Positions 51,366 through 64,000 of a DNA stretch of 64,000 nt are shown here, piece by piece. The notes below the pieces were generated by a model that was not told the origin of the DNA, searched no databases, and saw only the letters and a list, made by a program, of their open reading frames with translations. The position numbers were made by a program, and so were the translations under genes. Position 1 is the stretch's first letter. Every line of letters begins with the position of its first letter. The stretch is from the NCBI GenBank assembly GCA_050084515.1, contig CM114271.1, positions 37,696,001 through 37,760,000 of the forward strand. The letters are read 5' to 3'. This stretch comes from Blasia pusilla (taxonomy: Eukaryota).

Positions 51366-53471
51366 ACAGATTGGATTCAGTAGTTTTGAACGGCAGATGA
51401 TGACTACAGGGTTTTAGTTGGAAGACGACTGAGCAGAGGAACATGAAGTCAGTCAGATTTTCCAGTTTTCTGAGTTTTCTACGACCGACGATGACTAACA
51501 GGCTTTAAATGGGAAATAACTGAACAGGGAACTGACAGGATGAACATGAAGTCAGTCAGACTTCCTAGGTTTTAGAGTTTCCCTCGTCAGAAAAAGCTAG
51601 GGGACAGACATGGATCTGGGAGTTGGGATGGAGTTGCTGAACTCTATTCGTCACCAAGATTTTTCAAACGTGGCGGAAAGTGAGCTATGCTCCATAATAC
51701 GACTGGGTAGGTTTCCCTCCACGGTAAGGTCGGGGGTTCCACTGCCATTTGCTCTGTGTAACGTACCTAGGGGTAGTCAGAATCTGGGCAATGTGCACGT
51801 TTCAAACAAGGCATAAGCCAAGTGGGAAGCGTCCTAATGTACGTACGTAGTTTTCTGGTGGATTTGGAGCAGGCCATGGAAAATCAGACAAAAAGCTTCC
51901 AAACTTGCCATTCCTGAGGCGTTTCTCCCTTTCGGATCAAGGCTTTCAACAACGAGTATCTTTTCCTCCTCTTTGAGAGATTCTGAATGCTAGACTTCGC
52001 CCTGGATTCTAGGCGTGGCTTGAGCACATACAAGCATGGAAGCATTTCTTGATTGACGTGAGTCTAGTTTTCATTGAAAGTACATACCTGCAGTTCTGAT
52101 GAGCGCAAAGCTCTGATAATCAAGACAGACCGGATGTATCAGAAGTCCAGGCCAGTAGAAGTTAGTGACGCGAGCACAGAAGCCACTTAATAGCTCCGAC
52201 AAACTCTCGGCCTACCGGGAAAGGCGGACGTTCTGTTTTCGCCTGTCTCGAGTGGCGGAGATGCGCTCTCCAGACTGTCCAAAGGTCTCCTGTCTACACC
52301 CCTGATTATATCAATGGCTGCCCAAAAGATTTTGGGTCAGTCCGATTTTCGATTAATCCGTTGGACAAAGTTCAGTAACTATCACGACTTGAGGGGGAGT
52401 GAAAACAAGTTTGTTTGGATGGATAGTTGGATCGTGATATACAGTCGATTATGCAGCTCAACAAGGTCGGCTAAGAAAGTTGAGAAACCATCGGACTTGG
52501 ATAACGCAACTGCAACATCCTTTTCTCCTATCGAGACCAGACTGCATGTCTACAAATCGGACGCTTAACTTCAAAAATCTTGATAATGAATTAAATTTGA
52601 ACTCGAGACAATTTCCTACATTTCTTCGTAGACATGCCTTGAGCTGACCCGAATGAGAGGGCTCAAAGAGATGTGTGAACCTTGAACCACATTCACGAAA
52701 AATGTGAGCCCTAAGCATTCAAGGATCGGAGTGGTTGGGCGGGTGGGGAATGAGAGAAGGGAGAAATAAGCTCTTCGAACTCTCAGGGTTGATGACGTCG
52801 TTTGATCGTGTCGTTGTCTTTCCTTTGGATCCCCCCAGTACATCACTCCACATTACTGCTAGCCTAAACCTCAGCGTTTTCATTCTGCGTTACAACTTGA
52901 TGAAAACTCAAGTTATCTTTTCATCGGTTGTAAATTTACGGTGAGGATTGAAACTACTAAGCTCCCAGAAAATAAGGAAAAAGGCACGAGGGAAACTACT
53001 AGACTTCAGGTTAGCATCGTGCTCTATTATCGGAACTCGTGTCTAGATCTGTCAAGGAAATTCTTTACTCTGCATCTGTCGAAAGTAGGAATTACAATTA
53101 CCTGAAGCTAGAGTACATCGAGCTGAGTACGGAACGAAGTGCACAAAGGTGCTTGATCTTAACTCCAAAGTTGGGAGTGATGACACTCTAGCCTAATGTG
53201 ACTTTTCGAGTTGGGCTTCGTTGCCTCACTAGCTAGTACTGTGCTCAAGCTGTTTGCCTCATGTGACAAATCCCCGCCACAAACCTTGGACACATCCTTG
53301 CCCAAATGTCATGTTCAACCGTCAAAAGTACTCAAGCTGCAAGATATAGGATCTAAACTAAGACTTGGAGCTAGAACAGCAGAATCCTGTGCGATGGGGT
53401 ATAGAGCCAAAAGGTGTCGGTCGTGTTGTCTTAGGTTAGATCTCAAAGACACGCAAAAGGGTGAGAGAGAA

Positions 53472-55911
53472 TTATGTGTCTGAGACATCCTTCTCTAGTC
53501 CCTCGATATACCGATCGTAGTATTTTGCCGCAGTCTCCAGATCCCCCAGCTCTGTGTAACAATCGGCTATTGCTCCATACGCCTCGTTATCTCCAGAGTT
53601 CTCTTGAGTCATTTGAGAAACTGTCAACACCATTGTATGGTACCTAATTGCCTCTCTGTATTTTCCTTGTCTTTGACAGGACGCACCTGTGTGACAAGAA
53701 GAGAACAAGCTTAAGATACTGCGCGGATTCATTCAGGATGAACAAGATGGAGTTTTGAACTTGACTGGGAGACGCAAAAGAGGGTCCAATCAGCCTGATC
53801 CTTTCACCCATATGCAAACGCCACGAATTGGATTCAGATTCCGTATACTTAGTAAATACTGCATTACTTAAGTAGAGCCTGTTGTAACCTTGTGCCCAAA
53901 GACTCGGTGTCCTGGTTGTCGGTGGTGGGGATTGGGATGGATGCAGTGGGGTGAACAAGTGAAGAAAGTAGCATATGACAGGAAGAAACTCTCTCCGATA
54001 GTGATTGCCTACGATACAGAGTCAGTATGCAGCTGCCAGGCATCAGCTTCTGTACGCATCCTAGAGATAAAGGTTCCGACAAGTCCAAGGTACACTCCAC
54101 AGGTAGCAAGGAAATACACTGTACAACCACAGTTGTGAAGACATAGGGCAATACCTAGACCCCGGGCAGTTTTCTTCTCCTCAACAGAATCTCTCAGCCT
54201 TTTCGCTATTGGAAGAGCTTTTTCGAACTCTGCAAATGCCCTAGTAGGATTTTGCTCTCTGAGCCAGCGTTTCCCGGCCCTCAACCTCATCATTAATTCC
54301 TCCCTCACTGGATCTATCCGTACCTGCATCCATTCCAACACAAAATTTTCAGTTATTGAATCATAGGAGTTCATCCGGCTCTCTCACGTTCATTGGCATG
54401 TCAAACAAATGAGAACTGCGAGTTTTGCTGTCTACCTGAGTATCTGTCACGCGTCCACTACCGACTGGAGCATAGGTCAAGTTGGGAGCATATGATTCCA
54501 CTCGGGACTGGCGCCTCAGATTCAAATTTATCTGCCGAAGTTGCGTGTTAATTTTCTCCAGCTCTACTTTCCTATTTCGGGCCAGTACACCTGATGAGTT
54601 GCAAGAAAATATTTTAGTTTGATCCCAAGACTTTGCCGGACAGTAAGATACTTCGCAGTAGCAAATCATGAATAACAAAAAGGGAGGATTCTGAACCCTA
54701 GTCATCGGCACCACTGATGAGCAACTTCACACAAAGCCATATGTGGAGACGAACTGATTCAAATTGAGATCCGCCGAAAGCTAGATTATGAGACCTTATC
54801 CACGGCATTTTTTCATCATATAAAGTTCGAGTCTTCAGAGAACTGAGGCATCCAGACAGTGATTTCCAGTTTGTAAAGTTACAGCCACCCTATCCGGCTA
54901 AAAGGTACCCGACTACAAATCTCCTACTATTATTTAACCTTCCCAAATTCGTTACCTCACAATTCTCTCTAACACTAAGAAGCCTGCCCAACCTTTCAGC
55001 CAACCAAGACTCATCTAATAACATCACTACCGAATCTGGTCATTTACTTTGATGGGTTGCAGCTACTTCCAAATCGATCTTATAGACGAGTCACTTACCA
55101 CCAACAGCGGCTCCAGTAAGAGCAACGGCTTCGGCAACGCAGGCAATGATGAACATCAAATTTGGGTTCCCATCTGGAGCAGGTGGGGCTTCCACTGCTG
55201 CGAATACATTTTCAGAGACTGCAAATCCAAGCAGTGTTGTAGCAAGACAAACGATTGCGCCGTTCGAGATATTGTTCCAACGTCCCACCTGAACATCCAA
55301 AATCAGCACTCCATCAATTTAGATTTTAGACAGTGATTGCCAGAAACGGCCAACTGTGAAAAGAAAAGTCGACAAGGACGAAAGGAACAGAAAATCCAGG
55401 ATCTAAACATTCCAAGTTTCCTGCCCGATGCAAAGTGAATCAGTAACGAAATCCCGGAAAACACACGGACAAAGAAGAAACAAATTGTAAGACGAGATAT
55501 TCCAAGTTTCCTGTTTAGTCAATCAGTCTAGCGTAACTACAGGATCAACTTCAAAGACAGGAGATACAGAGGTCTCATTTCAATAAGCTGCAGAGGAAGT
55601 AAGGGTTGTAGTCAATCGAATACATCCTCAATTTTGGGCAATACAGGAACTGGAGTATTGTCTTTCCGCGATATGCTGTGTTCGTTGAAGGCTTGCCTGA
55701 ACTCCAGCCACTTCCCGCTGCTTCGGGAACGTGCTCCCAGCACGGCACCGACATTGCTGCTGAACCTCACCCTTTCAAAATTCCCTTTACCACTGGAAAA
55801 TCTGGTTCTGCTCAGCAAAGCAGGCGACAAAGAAGATGGCAGGCAGCTTGCACAGAACATGGAAGTTTCCATCGTCGTAGAGATTACACTATACTGAAGC
55901 TTAAACCCCAT
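53472..55911 (-). CDS. FLU: FLUORESCENT IN BLUE LIGHT, chloroplast TPR regulator of glutamyl-tRNA reductase; ~338 aa; exons 55911-55624, 55288-55099, 54590-54436, 54323-54155, 53686-53472
   Basis: GT-AG introns with consistent phases (0,1,0,1). Ser/Arg-rich transit-like N-terminus, hydrophobic AVALTGAAVGGVLAR, coiled coil LRQINLNLRRQSRVESYAPNLTYAPVG, and TPR region EEKKTARGLGASCQRQGKYREAI...EAYGAIADCYTELGDLE match FLU as I recall it. The start could be a downstream in-frame ATG (e.g. 55872). Confidence 0.95.
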
Positions 55912-58177
55912 GAGTGACTCTCTCTCTCTCTCTCCCTCTCCCTCTCTGTATTTCCTGTGGAATTAGCACCCGCACTTGCACTTGCCGCAGCAAGATCTTG
56001 ACGATGGACGGGGTCTCCCCAATCTCTTGCTCTCTCTTAGTCTCCAAACTCGACTCCGCAATCGCTGCTCTCCAAGGGAAACAAAAGTCACAAAATTTTC
56101 CTCAGCCAGAGAAGATAATTTCTGCGACATCTTCGGGTGGGCATCGCAACGATTCAGAAATCTCAGATCCTGGGTGTATCTGGTGTGCTATTGAGGACCC
56201 CACTCCCACGTCCAGCATGGCAACGAAACACGGGATAGACAGAAGGATAAACCTCGAACTCCAATGACGAAGATTATCCTCGAGTGTACCCAATTAATTA
56301 GCCAAAACTTAGGGTAGAATCCGCAGATCCTCTTCCCTTCGGCGGACTGGACTCAGTAGATTTCACGACATTCGGGCGGTCAACAGAGATGAGGGTGTGT
56401 GTTGAGACATGCTAGCTTCTCATCGAAGTCACGAGGACGCCCCACTACCCACTCACTAGCCCTCGCTCCGAGCACACGCCAGAGCGTGTCCTCGCCGTGT
56501 CCGTTGGCAAGCTACGTAATCTTCGCTTCGCTTTATAAACTTTTTCGTCGTCCCGAAACTCCATTGCTAATCGCAGGCTTCGAGATGTAATAGCGACTGT
56601 GGCCGATAGAACTAAATGCACGTATGGCCGATGCTCATCAGTCTTCATGCCAACGAGGAGAGAAGTATTTTGAATTTAGAACGAGCATCGTCGTCAGGAA
56701 TAATAGCTCATGCATCGTGAGCTTACCCTTAAAATTTGTAGCTTAGAACTTGCGCCGACTTTGGTGGCAACGAACTTTATAAAACGTCCTCCATATATCT
56801 ATACTAGGAAGGAAGAGAGAATGTAGCACATCGAATAATGTGGAAGACTTCATGCAACATACATTTTAATAATCTGTAACAGGAGAAAACTCATTACAAT
56901 ACAAGAACGGAAGATAACACAATGAAAGCACAAGCAGAAATTCTTCTTACCTTTTGGGCACCATGGTTCTAAGCTCTACACTAATAATTTGGGACCTGCC
57001 TGGCAGACATCTGTCCTATCCTATCCTATAGACTAGTGCTATCGATACGTAAGTTTCCGGCTGCTGTCACTTTGCGCCTGTCCGTCGCGCCGTTTCAGTG
57101 GTTCTAGATCTCGTGAAGTAATTACAATCAACATTTCCCACGCATCCGTTCGTGGTTTGGCGTCATTTGGTTGTGCTCCAGTTAGATGACAAGACAACAG
57201 TTATTGGCCGAGATCTTTGCACTTGTGCCAACGACTCAAGTGGCAAACTTTTGTTCTCTCCGCAAGTTCAAGTGCACTGCCCGGATATCGAATTCAATGA
57301 ATACGTGCGACTACTTCGTGGCCTGGAGGGAAATTCTACTCGTAGGGAAAAACGTTCAAAAAAATGTACTTGTAGATTGTGATCACTTTGAATAGTTTTC
57401 AGTGATTTGTCGGAAGATTACAGTGACAAAGTAAAGGATATGCCAATAGCTTCTCAATAAGCTGAAATGAATGACCACATGTACTCAAGATTGTCCAGCT
57501 GGTCGAAAGATTTCGCGGATGACAGGAAATAATCCCCCACAAGATCTTCAGGAGCATTATTTTTTGAACATTACGATGAAGCTACTTGATCAACATCAGG
57601 GTGCATAAATCAACCCCACCAAATTGTGGTCAGACCAGAACCTACCCATTCCGTAATTATGGATGAAAATGATGGATTTGGTTCAACTTCCGGTCTGAAA
57701 GATTTTACTCTGAGCCCCCAAGAGAGGTAAGAGTATATTTCGAGCGTTCTCTATGGACAGACTTGGGTAAAGATCGCTGGTATCAACTGTACAGTATTTT
57801 TTGAAAGAATATTCGCATAATTGGTAATATGTCTTCCACATCCATCTCAGCTCTGTGGTAGAAGTGACTGCTCACAGTTGAAAAACACAGTTTTAACTTC
57901 AGCTAGAATGCATTTTGACCACAACGCTTTTCTGACTGCATAATGACATCCACGATCTTAGAATAAATTGGTTCCCTTCTTGATTTCTCTACAACTTCAA
58001 CTAAGAAAAAAACATGTTTGAAAGCATTGTGAGAAAAGTGAGGCATTATATACAGTTCTCTTGGTTTAAGTGTCATGCATATAAGAAAGTCAGGTGCAGG
58101 TTAAGACTGAGAAATCATTCTTTACCACTTCGAGCTCCAAAATAAGGTCGTGCTAGATGACCTGTCAAATAGCATTT

Positions 58178-60414
58178 CTATGATGGTAGAACTCCAAGAT
58201 TCAGACTCACGCCTCTGCACGAATAAATGTTTTTCCAATATTAGCACACCAGATAAGCTGTTGACTATCTATATTGTAGTTTGAGAAAGGGGGTTACTAT
58301 GTGAGAAAAGGCTGTTCTAAATGAGATGAAACTTTTTTAATAGACGAAAGGTGGTGTATCATATTGACTCTTATGGAGAGAATATCAGGTTAGTCACTAA
58401 ATACACGTGATTACGTTAGAATGGAACGATGAAATGTGCCTTGCTTTTTATAAAGTTGTCTGACTTTTAGAATATTTTTACGATGGGTTGCCTTACTAGT
58501 ACATTCAAAACGATGATGACTACAGGTGCTCGACTCACCCTGCCCCCAAAAATTGAGAGGGAGAGAAGTGACATTCTTACTTCCTCTCTGCTTCTTGCCG
58601 TAGCCTCTCAACTTCTGCCTCAAGCTTCAAACAAGCCACCTCTATGTCGAGGTTCTTTTGTGTTAGCTCCTTCCACTGAGTCCCGAGCTGACTGAGCTCA
58701 GCCGCTGCAGCTTGCTGCACAATAAAGCACATCTCAAACATCAATCTCTGAAATGATCATCATTCTGGGGCACATGGATAAATTCCATGACTAAACAGAA
58801 AGTTCATACTCCTCAACAGAACTTAACAAGATGATACTGGAGTGCCAGTCACTCCCAAACCCGAAGAACTTTAATTTTGTAGTAACAATGAAATAAATCA
58901 CAATCACATGTCCAACACGTGCTTGTACCTGGTTTGACTTTCTTTCACGGTTCAGAGCTTCTATCTCATAAGTGTGATCCCGCACGATATTTTGTATCCT
59001 GGTTCACTCACACAACTCTTGTCAGATTTCGTAACAAAGCTTGGTTTGATAATAGATAACTCTGGAATATAAAAGCGTGCAAGCAGTCATGGCTTGATCG
59101 CAGCGAAAGGGTAAACCCTAAACTTAGACCTCTGTAATACTGACCCAAAGATTTGAAGCCCACTATGAATTAAAACGTAGTCACATCCCAAATTTCTATT
59201 TAAGGCTCGTGGCAATCCTTCATCCACTGTTTTAGAAGAAGCCCCCACCATACCTATGTGACACATCGCCTGTCATTGTAGAACCCACCGCACCTAATGC
59301 GACACACATCACCAATACCACTCATTCTAGAATCAGTTGTACCTTGAATTGAAGGCTTCCAAGTGTTGATTATGAACCCTCCACGAATATGCGCCAAACT
59401 TCAGCATGAGCTCCAGATTTTCGAGCCTTTTTTCTCACGAGCAGTAAGAACCAATTATCAAGATAAAGCCCCGGGTAGATGACGGAAACAACAGAGAGTA
59501 CCGCAAGAGATGAGAGATACACATGCAATCAAAGCTGAAACATAACATGAGTCTAAAGTGCAGGGCAGATTTGTGCTCCCTAGAAAACTATAACCTAGAC
59601 AGCATATCCCTGCCCTAAAATTCACATCGTAAACATGTCTCCAGATGTCTCCGAATTTTGGTTACTCAAGTGACAACTTGACGTAGATTTCGATCACCGA
59701 CTTATGTTTATGCAAACCAGCTTAAAAAATGAAGTAGCTATTCGACAATCCTCAAGCCGACAGAGGGTCATCTCAGAGTTCCATCATCCACAGCGTGCTT
59801 TACGAGAACAACCATGGGTACCTTATGGTTTGGTGCTGCAATTGACTCTGCGCATTATGTAAAGCATACTTCCATGCGCTCGGATCATTGCGTCTACTGC
59901 TGGGAGGTGGTTCTAATCCGTATCTTGTCATATCAATCGTCAGGGGAGGTTTCCCAGCACGGACACGTTCGTATTCTTTCGCCAGCATTGGACATTTCTG
60001 GATCGCCATAAAAAAGGACAACGATTCATATACACTTAGTCACAATTTACCACCACGAATCCAGCTCTAAAACTTGAAATTGGCCAAGTATACCAAAGCC
60101 TATTCGTCACTAGAGCAATCGTTAAAATTTCCAGGCGCGCACCCAACCTTCTAAAAAAACAGTTTGAAATCTGCTGTCACCTCAAAATCGAAAGAAGGAG
60201 CTGGTGGAAGCTCCGCAAGAAAGTCCGCAGGCCGTTTCGTACTCTGCCGCATCTCCTCTTCGATCATTTTGTCCACCTCCGCTTTCAGCTGGGGGTTTGC
60301 ATAATCGTCATCAATGTAAGGCAACGCGTCCACCAGATCATCCATTATACCATTGCGCCATCGCCCTTGTGGCAAAGAGGGAGCCTCCAGCATCAGAACA
60401 TCAGAACTACCCAT
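58178..60414 (-). CDS. SPF27: Pre-mRNA splicing factor SPF27 / MOS4 / BCAS2 homolog; ~244 aa; exons 60414-60181, 59997-59822, 59426-59343, 58998-58929, 58714-58581, 58214-58178
   Basis: Motifs [82 protein letters not shown]. All introns are GT-AG with consistent phases (0,2,2,0,2). The last short exon ([11 protein letters not shown]) is less certain. Confidence 0.95.
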
Positions 60415-61569
60415 AATGCGCAGAGACACCGCACCGGAACAGACTCGCTCTCACAGCCTCGTTCAAACTTCAAACTCGGCAAATCACTACCGCATTACGA
60501 GAGGACGGGAACATATCTTTACGCTAGCACACACTCACTAGCGGAAAGCCAACCACGAGAAGTTCGTGGTTGTGCGCTCTTTCTCTCCTTAGTTTCTGTC
60601 ATGGTTCCACACAGATTAGGGTTTCCTTATGCACTCCCTTTACCCCATAGGAAGGATATTTATATTGTTATGGGAAAACAGCTTGAGAACTTTGTGTGCC
60701 ATGGGTAGAAGAAAGAATTATGAAAGAAAATAAAATTTACCATGGGAAGTGGAGACATAATTTTGAGGTCCTCTATTGAAAGTATGGAAGTATTTTATTA
60801 GTTAAGTTTCGGGGCTTACCCTATTGCAAGGGTGCTTGGGACGAGTCATGATTGTGTATCAAAGGAAGAGAAGCACCAAAGGCTAAATCTAGAGTAGTTA
60901 TTCGTAAGAGTAGAATGGGCGGTGAAACCTGTTGCAAAATGATTATTGGTCCGCATGGATGGCTAACCTTAGGAGAAAGGGGTCATACACACTTGCGGGG
61001 ACGAGGGTGAGGTAGGTGGAAGATCCTTCACCCAAGTTCCAAGTCCATAATGAATTGCAAGGAAGTTAAGAGTAGTCAAGATGGGTAAGACGTCATGAGA
61101 TGAAACATAAAGGGCGGCAAGACAATTATAAGATGCCAAATGACAAGAATCAAGACCAACGTTGGTCATCAGACGTCCTAAAGGGGGGTTGAGGTTCCAA
61201 GAGGAATTTTGGGAAAGTCAAAGATTGGTGGAATCTTCTAGGAGACTCCAAGTCATATTGGGAGTTAACTAGTCAAACATGGATCCGTGAGAAGCAAACC
61301 ATGTTAGGATTGTGGGCCAAAACCAAGGTACCTCCCTACCCACTTGAGTCTTGGAGCAAGGTAATAACCATCTTTTGTGTTTGGATCATAATTCAAGTTT
61401 GAGCTAAGAAACAGTTCACAACACATCTTGAGAGATTCAATGTTGCCTTCTAGTTTATATGAGCGATTGAGCTTATGTAGATCAAACCATTACTTAACCC
61501 AGAGCCAAAGAAGGAGATTATGGGAATATACCAAAATCTTTTAGTAGGGCCATTAAATTTAGCTTCAAA

Positions 61570-62460
61570 GTCAAATAATCACTTAAGAACACTGAAGTAC
61601 TTCTTTGGTGTTCAATTTACTAGGGTTTGGAAGCAGTATGTGGTTATTACAACGACAATATGTTCTTCACATGCTTTCAAAGCAAAGTATGACGACCTAT
61701 AAGCCAATCTCTACACCGTTGGACGACCACATTGTGAAGCTAAGAGTAAATGAAGGAGAGTTCCTTGCTCATTCTAATATACATAGACGTATGGTTGAAA
61801 GTTTGATCTACGTGGCTATAACTAAGCCAAACTTGAGCTACTCAATTAGCCTTGTAAGCCAATTCCTACAAGCACATTAAAAATCTCACCTTGATGTTGT
61901 GAGGAGGATTATGCGCCATGTGAATTTCTCTATTCACTTTGAGCTTCAATTTCAACCTTTTTTGAGTTTACAATTACAGGGATTCATGGATGCTAATCGG
62001 GCAGGAGGTGTGTCTGATAGACATTCCACATCTGATTATTTATTGAATTACTTTAGGAAATGCAGTTATAAGTTGGGTTTCAAAGAAACACCCTATAGTT
62101 GTTTTATCTTCAACAAAGTCTGCGTATAGAGGACCACATTGCCTGAGATTACTACATGAGATTCCTCAATTACTTGCTAAGATTGGCGTCACTAACTTAA
62201 GACCTAGTGTAATATACATTGATAATATGAATAATATCAAGTTTGCTAATATTCTTGTGTTTCATGCTTGAACAAAAAATATTTGGATGCACTATCACTT
62301 TATCATAGAGAAATTAGTTGCAAGATAAATCGATCTTCTGCACATATATACAAATCAAAAAAATTGCTCATATCTTTACAAAGACATTCTTTAGAGATAA
62401 ATTTGAGATGTTTAAAAATGATGTAGATGATATATATTGATATCAGCTTGAGGAGGAGTA
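61570..62460 (+). mobile_element. Ty1/Copia remnant (RT C-terminus, RNase H, PPT)
   Basis: LKYFFGVQF, PISTPLD, RRMVESLIY...TKPNLSYSISLVSQF, GFMDANRAGGVSDRHSTS, IYIDN, HYHFIIEK, IFTK. A purine tract GAGGAGGAG at 62450-62458 is followed by a TATTGAAG LTR-like start. Confidence 0.88.
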
Positions 62461-62899
62461 TTGAAGACTAAGTTATAGTCAAGCTTATTATACAACAAAT
62501 TGTTATATTTCGAATTTACACGAAGTAGGAAAGTTTAATATTGGTTAGTTAGTTAAACACGATTATTTTGATTAGGATTAGTTTACCACAATTATTAGAA
62601 CTCAAGACTATGGTTATGATTAGGGTTATGGTTGCTTATATACACCCTATATAATTGAGAAGGTGACCAAATTTCAATTATTCTCTTATTGCAAAATTTA
62701 ATTCCCCATGGTGGTGTGTGTCTATGAGATGTATCCCATCAGTTATACTTCTTTAGCAGTTGTCTATAAGAACAAATGACCACAAAAAAGTAAGCGGATC
62801 TTAGAGATCGATGGATTAAGCATGCATCATTAGCAAGAAACTTTATAAGATGATTTTTCCACTCCATTCATAGGAAGGGGATATTCACGTAAGGTTAAA

Positions 62900-63340
62900 G
62901 AGTTCTTTACCATAACCAAGTCATACTTTCAAGCACGATGGCACATTGGGCCGTGGAAGAGTACAAGTTTATTATGGTAGTCATATATTTTAAGGATCAT
63001 ATGCTCTAATGGTAGGCAACCCATAGTGAGGAACATTCAAGCACCTTATCCTCTTTTAGTGAGAGGGATTTCAAAGTATTGATTAGAGATCAATTTACTC
63101 TAGAATACCAAGAGTTTCAAGATAGTGTGGAGTTTTCACGTTTAAGAAAAATGGGATCCTAAGCGCTTATGTCCATGAGTTTAGTGCAAAATCATTGCCT
63201 AAGATGGACAGGTTTGCTAAAAAGTTTGTCTTCTAGTGGGCTCAACCAAAGTATTGTTAAAGCCCTCTTCCGCATGTTTGAATTACCAAATATTATTGCC
63301 AAACTCTTAAAACTAGAAGAGCGGACTAGGGATAATGAGG
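62900..63340 (+). mobile_element. LTR retrotransposon gag remnant (Gypsy-like)
   Basis: The frameshifted reading FSRLRKMGS/AYVHEFSA...PKMDRFAKKFVF/GL...IVKALFRMFELP...LLKLEER resembles the retrotransposon gag motif L.Q.GS...Y..EF. Boundaries are approximate. Confidence 0.55.
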
Positions 63341-63740
63341 TCTAGGTGTAAAGCACCCTTTGAGAAAAATGTTTCTTTAAGATTTAAAAGAACAAGGGAA
63401 CATTTAAGAGGGCTTGGAATGTTATCACATATTACTAGGTGACTGTTGAAACCATCAATAGGTTATTTGACCCAAAATAGGGGATTGTCATAAACGTTAA
63501 TCTTCATATAACAAAGTTATAACTAAGCTCATCCAACCAGTTAGGAAACTTTTATTCCCAAAAAATCCATTGACTCCCTATTCCATTGTTATTGTAGAAC
63601 TTAACATGTTGACCAAGGATGATTAGATTGAGCTTGAAGGGGGGTTTGGATATGTGATAAATTTTGGAGTTTAATTAAATGGAATTTAAAGTGAAAGTTT
63701 AGAAAGTGATTTATGAAGGTTGAGCTAACTTATATACATG

Positions 63741-63912
63741 CTAGCCGGTGCCCGTCCTATGCATGGGTGATACTCGATTTTCTTTATTATCTCTCCTTAA
63801 TTCAACTCCCTCCCTTAAAGTGACATGTGTCGACATTATAGGAGTCCTTAGAGGATAGGTGTCAACACTTGAGGAGGGTTCCTCAAAACCCGTCTTCTTT
63901 TAATTATATAGA
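63741..63912 (-). mobile_element. Miniature non-autonomous Helitron, copy B
   Basis: Shares CTAGCCGGTGCCCGT, TCTCTCCTTAATTCAACTCCCTC, CCTTAGAGGA and TTTTAAT.ATATAGA with 44086-44247. Confidence 0.8.
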
Positions 63913-64000
63913 TGTTACCATTTAGGATAAGATGATCATGATGATCCCTTTGTGTTGATTGTATGGGAAGAATTTCTTGTCCTTACCTTTTTATGGAGAG

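Noticed and set aside
46960..62460. Two Copia remnants as halves of one element enclosing FLU and SPF27
   Set aside because: They are colinear in strand and domain order, but there are no shared LTRs or TSD, much of RT is missing, and independent fragments are simpler.
1..64000. tRNA, rRNA, snRNA or CRISPR arrays
   Set aside because: GTTCGA motifs (e.g. 8881, 21144) lack cloverleaf context, and no regularly spaced repeat-spacer array was seen.

Overview
Eukaryotic plant genomic DNA. It is inferred to be a bryophyte, liverwort (Marchantia)-like, from the gene content, GC-richer genic islands, long UTRs and AT-rich decayed transposon tracts. Three intact intron-containing genes can be reconstructed by hand with consistent splice phases: a PR-10/Bet v 1 family gene (+, 13454-14049), FLU (-, 53472-55911) and SPF27/MOS4 (-, 58178-60414). 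Much of the rest is transposon-derived. This includes a Ty3/Gypsy pol fragment whose integrase ends in a C4-H-C3 PHD finger, a ~10 kb decayed Helitron with both termini visible, and several small Helitron derivatives. There are also five CAAGGTT...AACCTTG elements with 8-bp target duplications (hAT-type MITEs), two Copia remnants, a hAT transposase fragment and a Gypsy gag fragment. The most noteworthy observations are the PHD-tipped integrase, a miRNA-like hairpin at 38020-38074 in a GC-rich island bracketed by Helitron ends, and a MITE whose interior matches DNA from its own flank. No tRNA, rRNA or CRISPR was seen. All calls come from reading the sequence; no searches were run.
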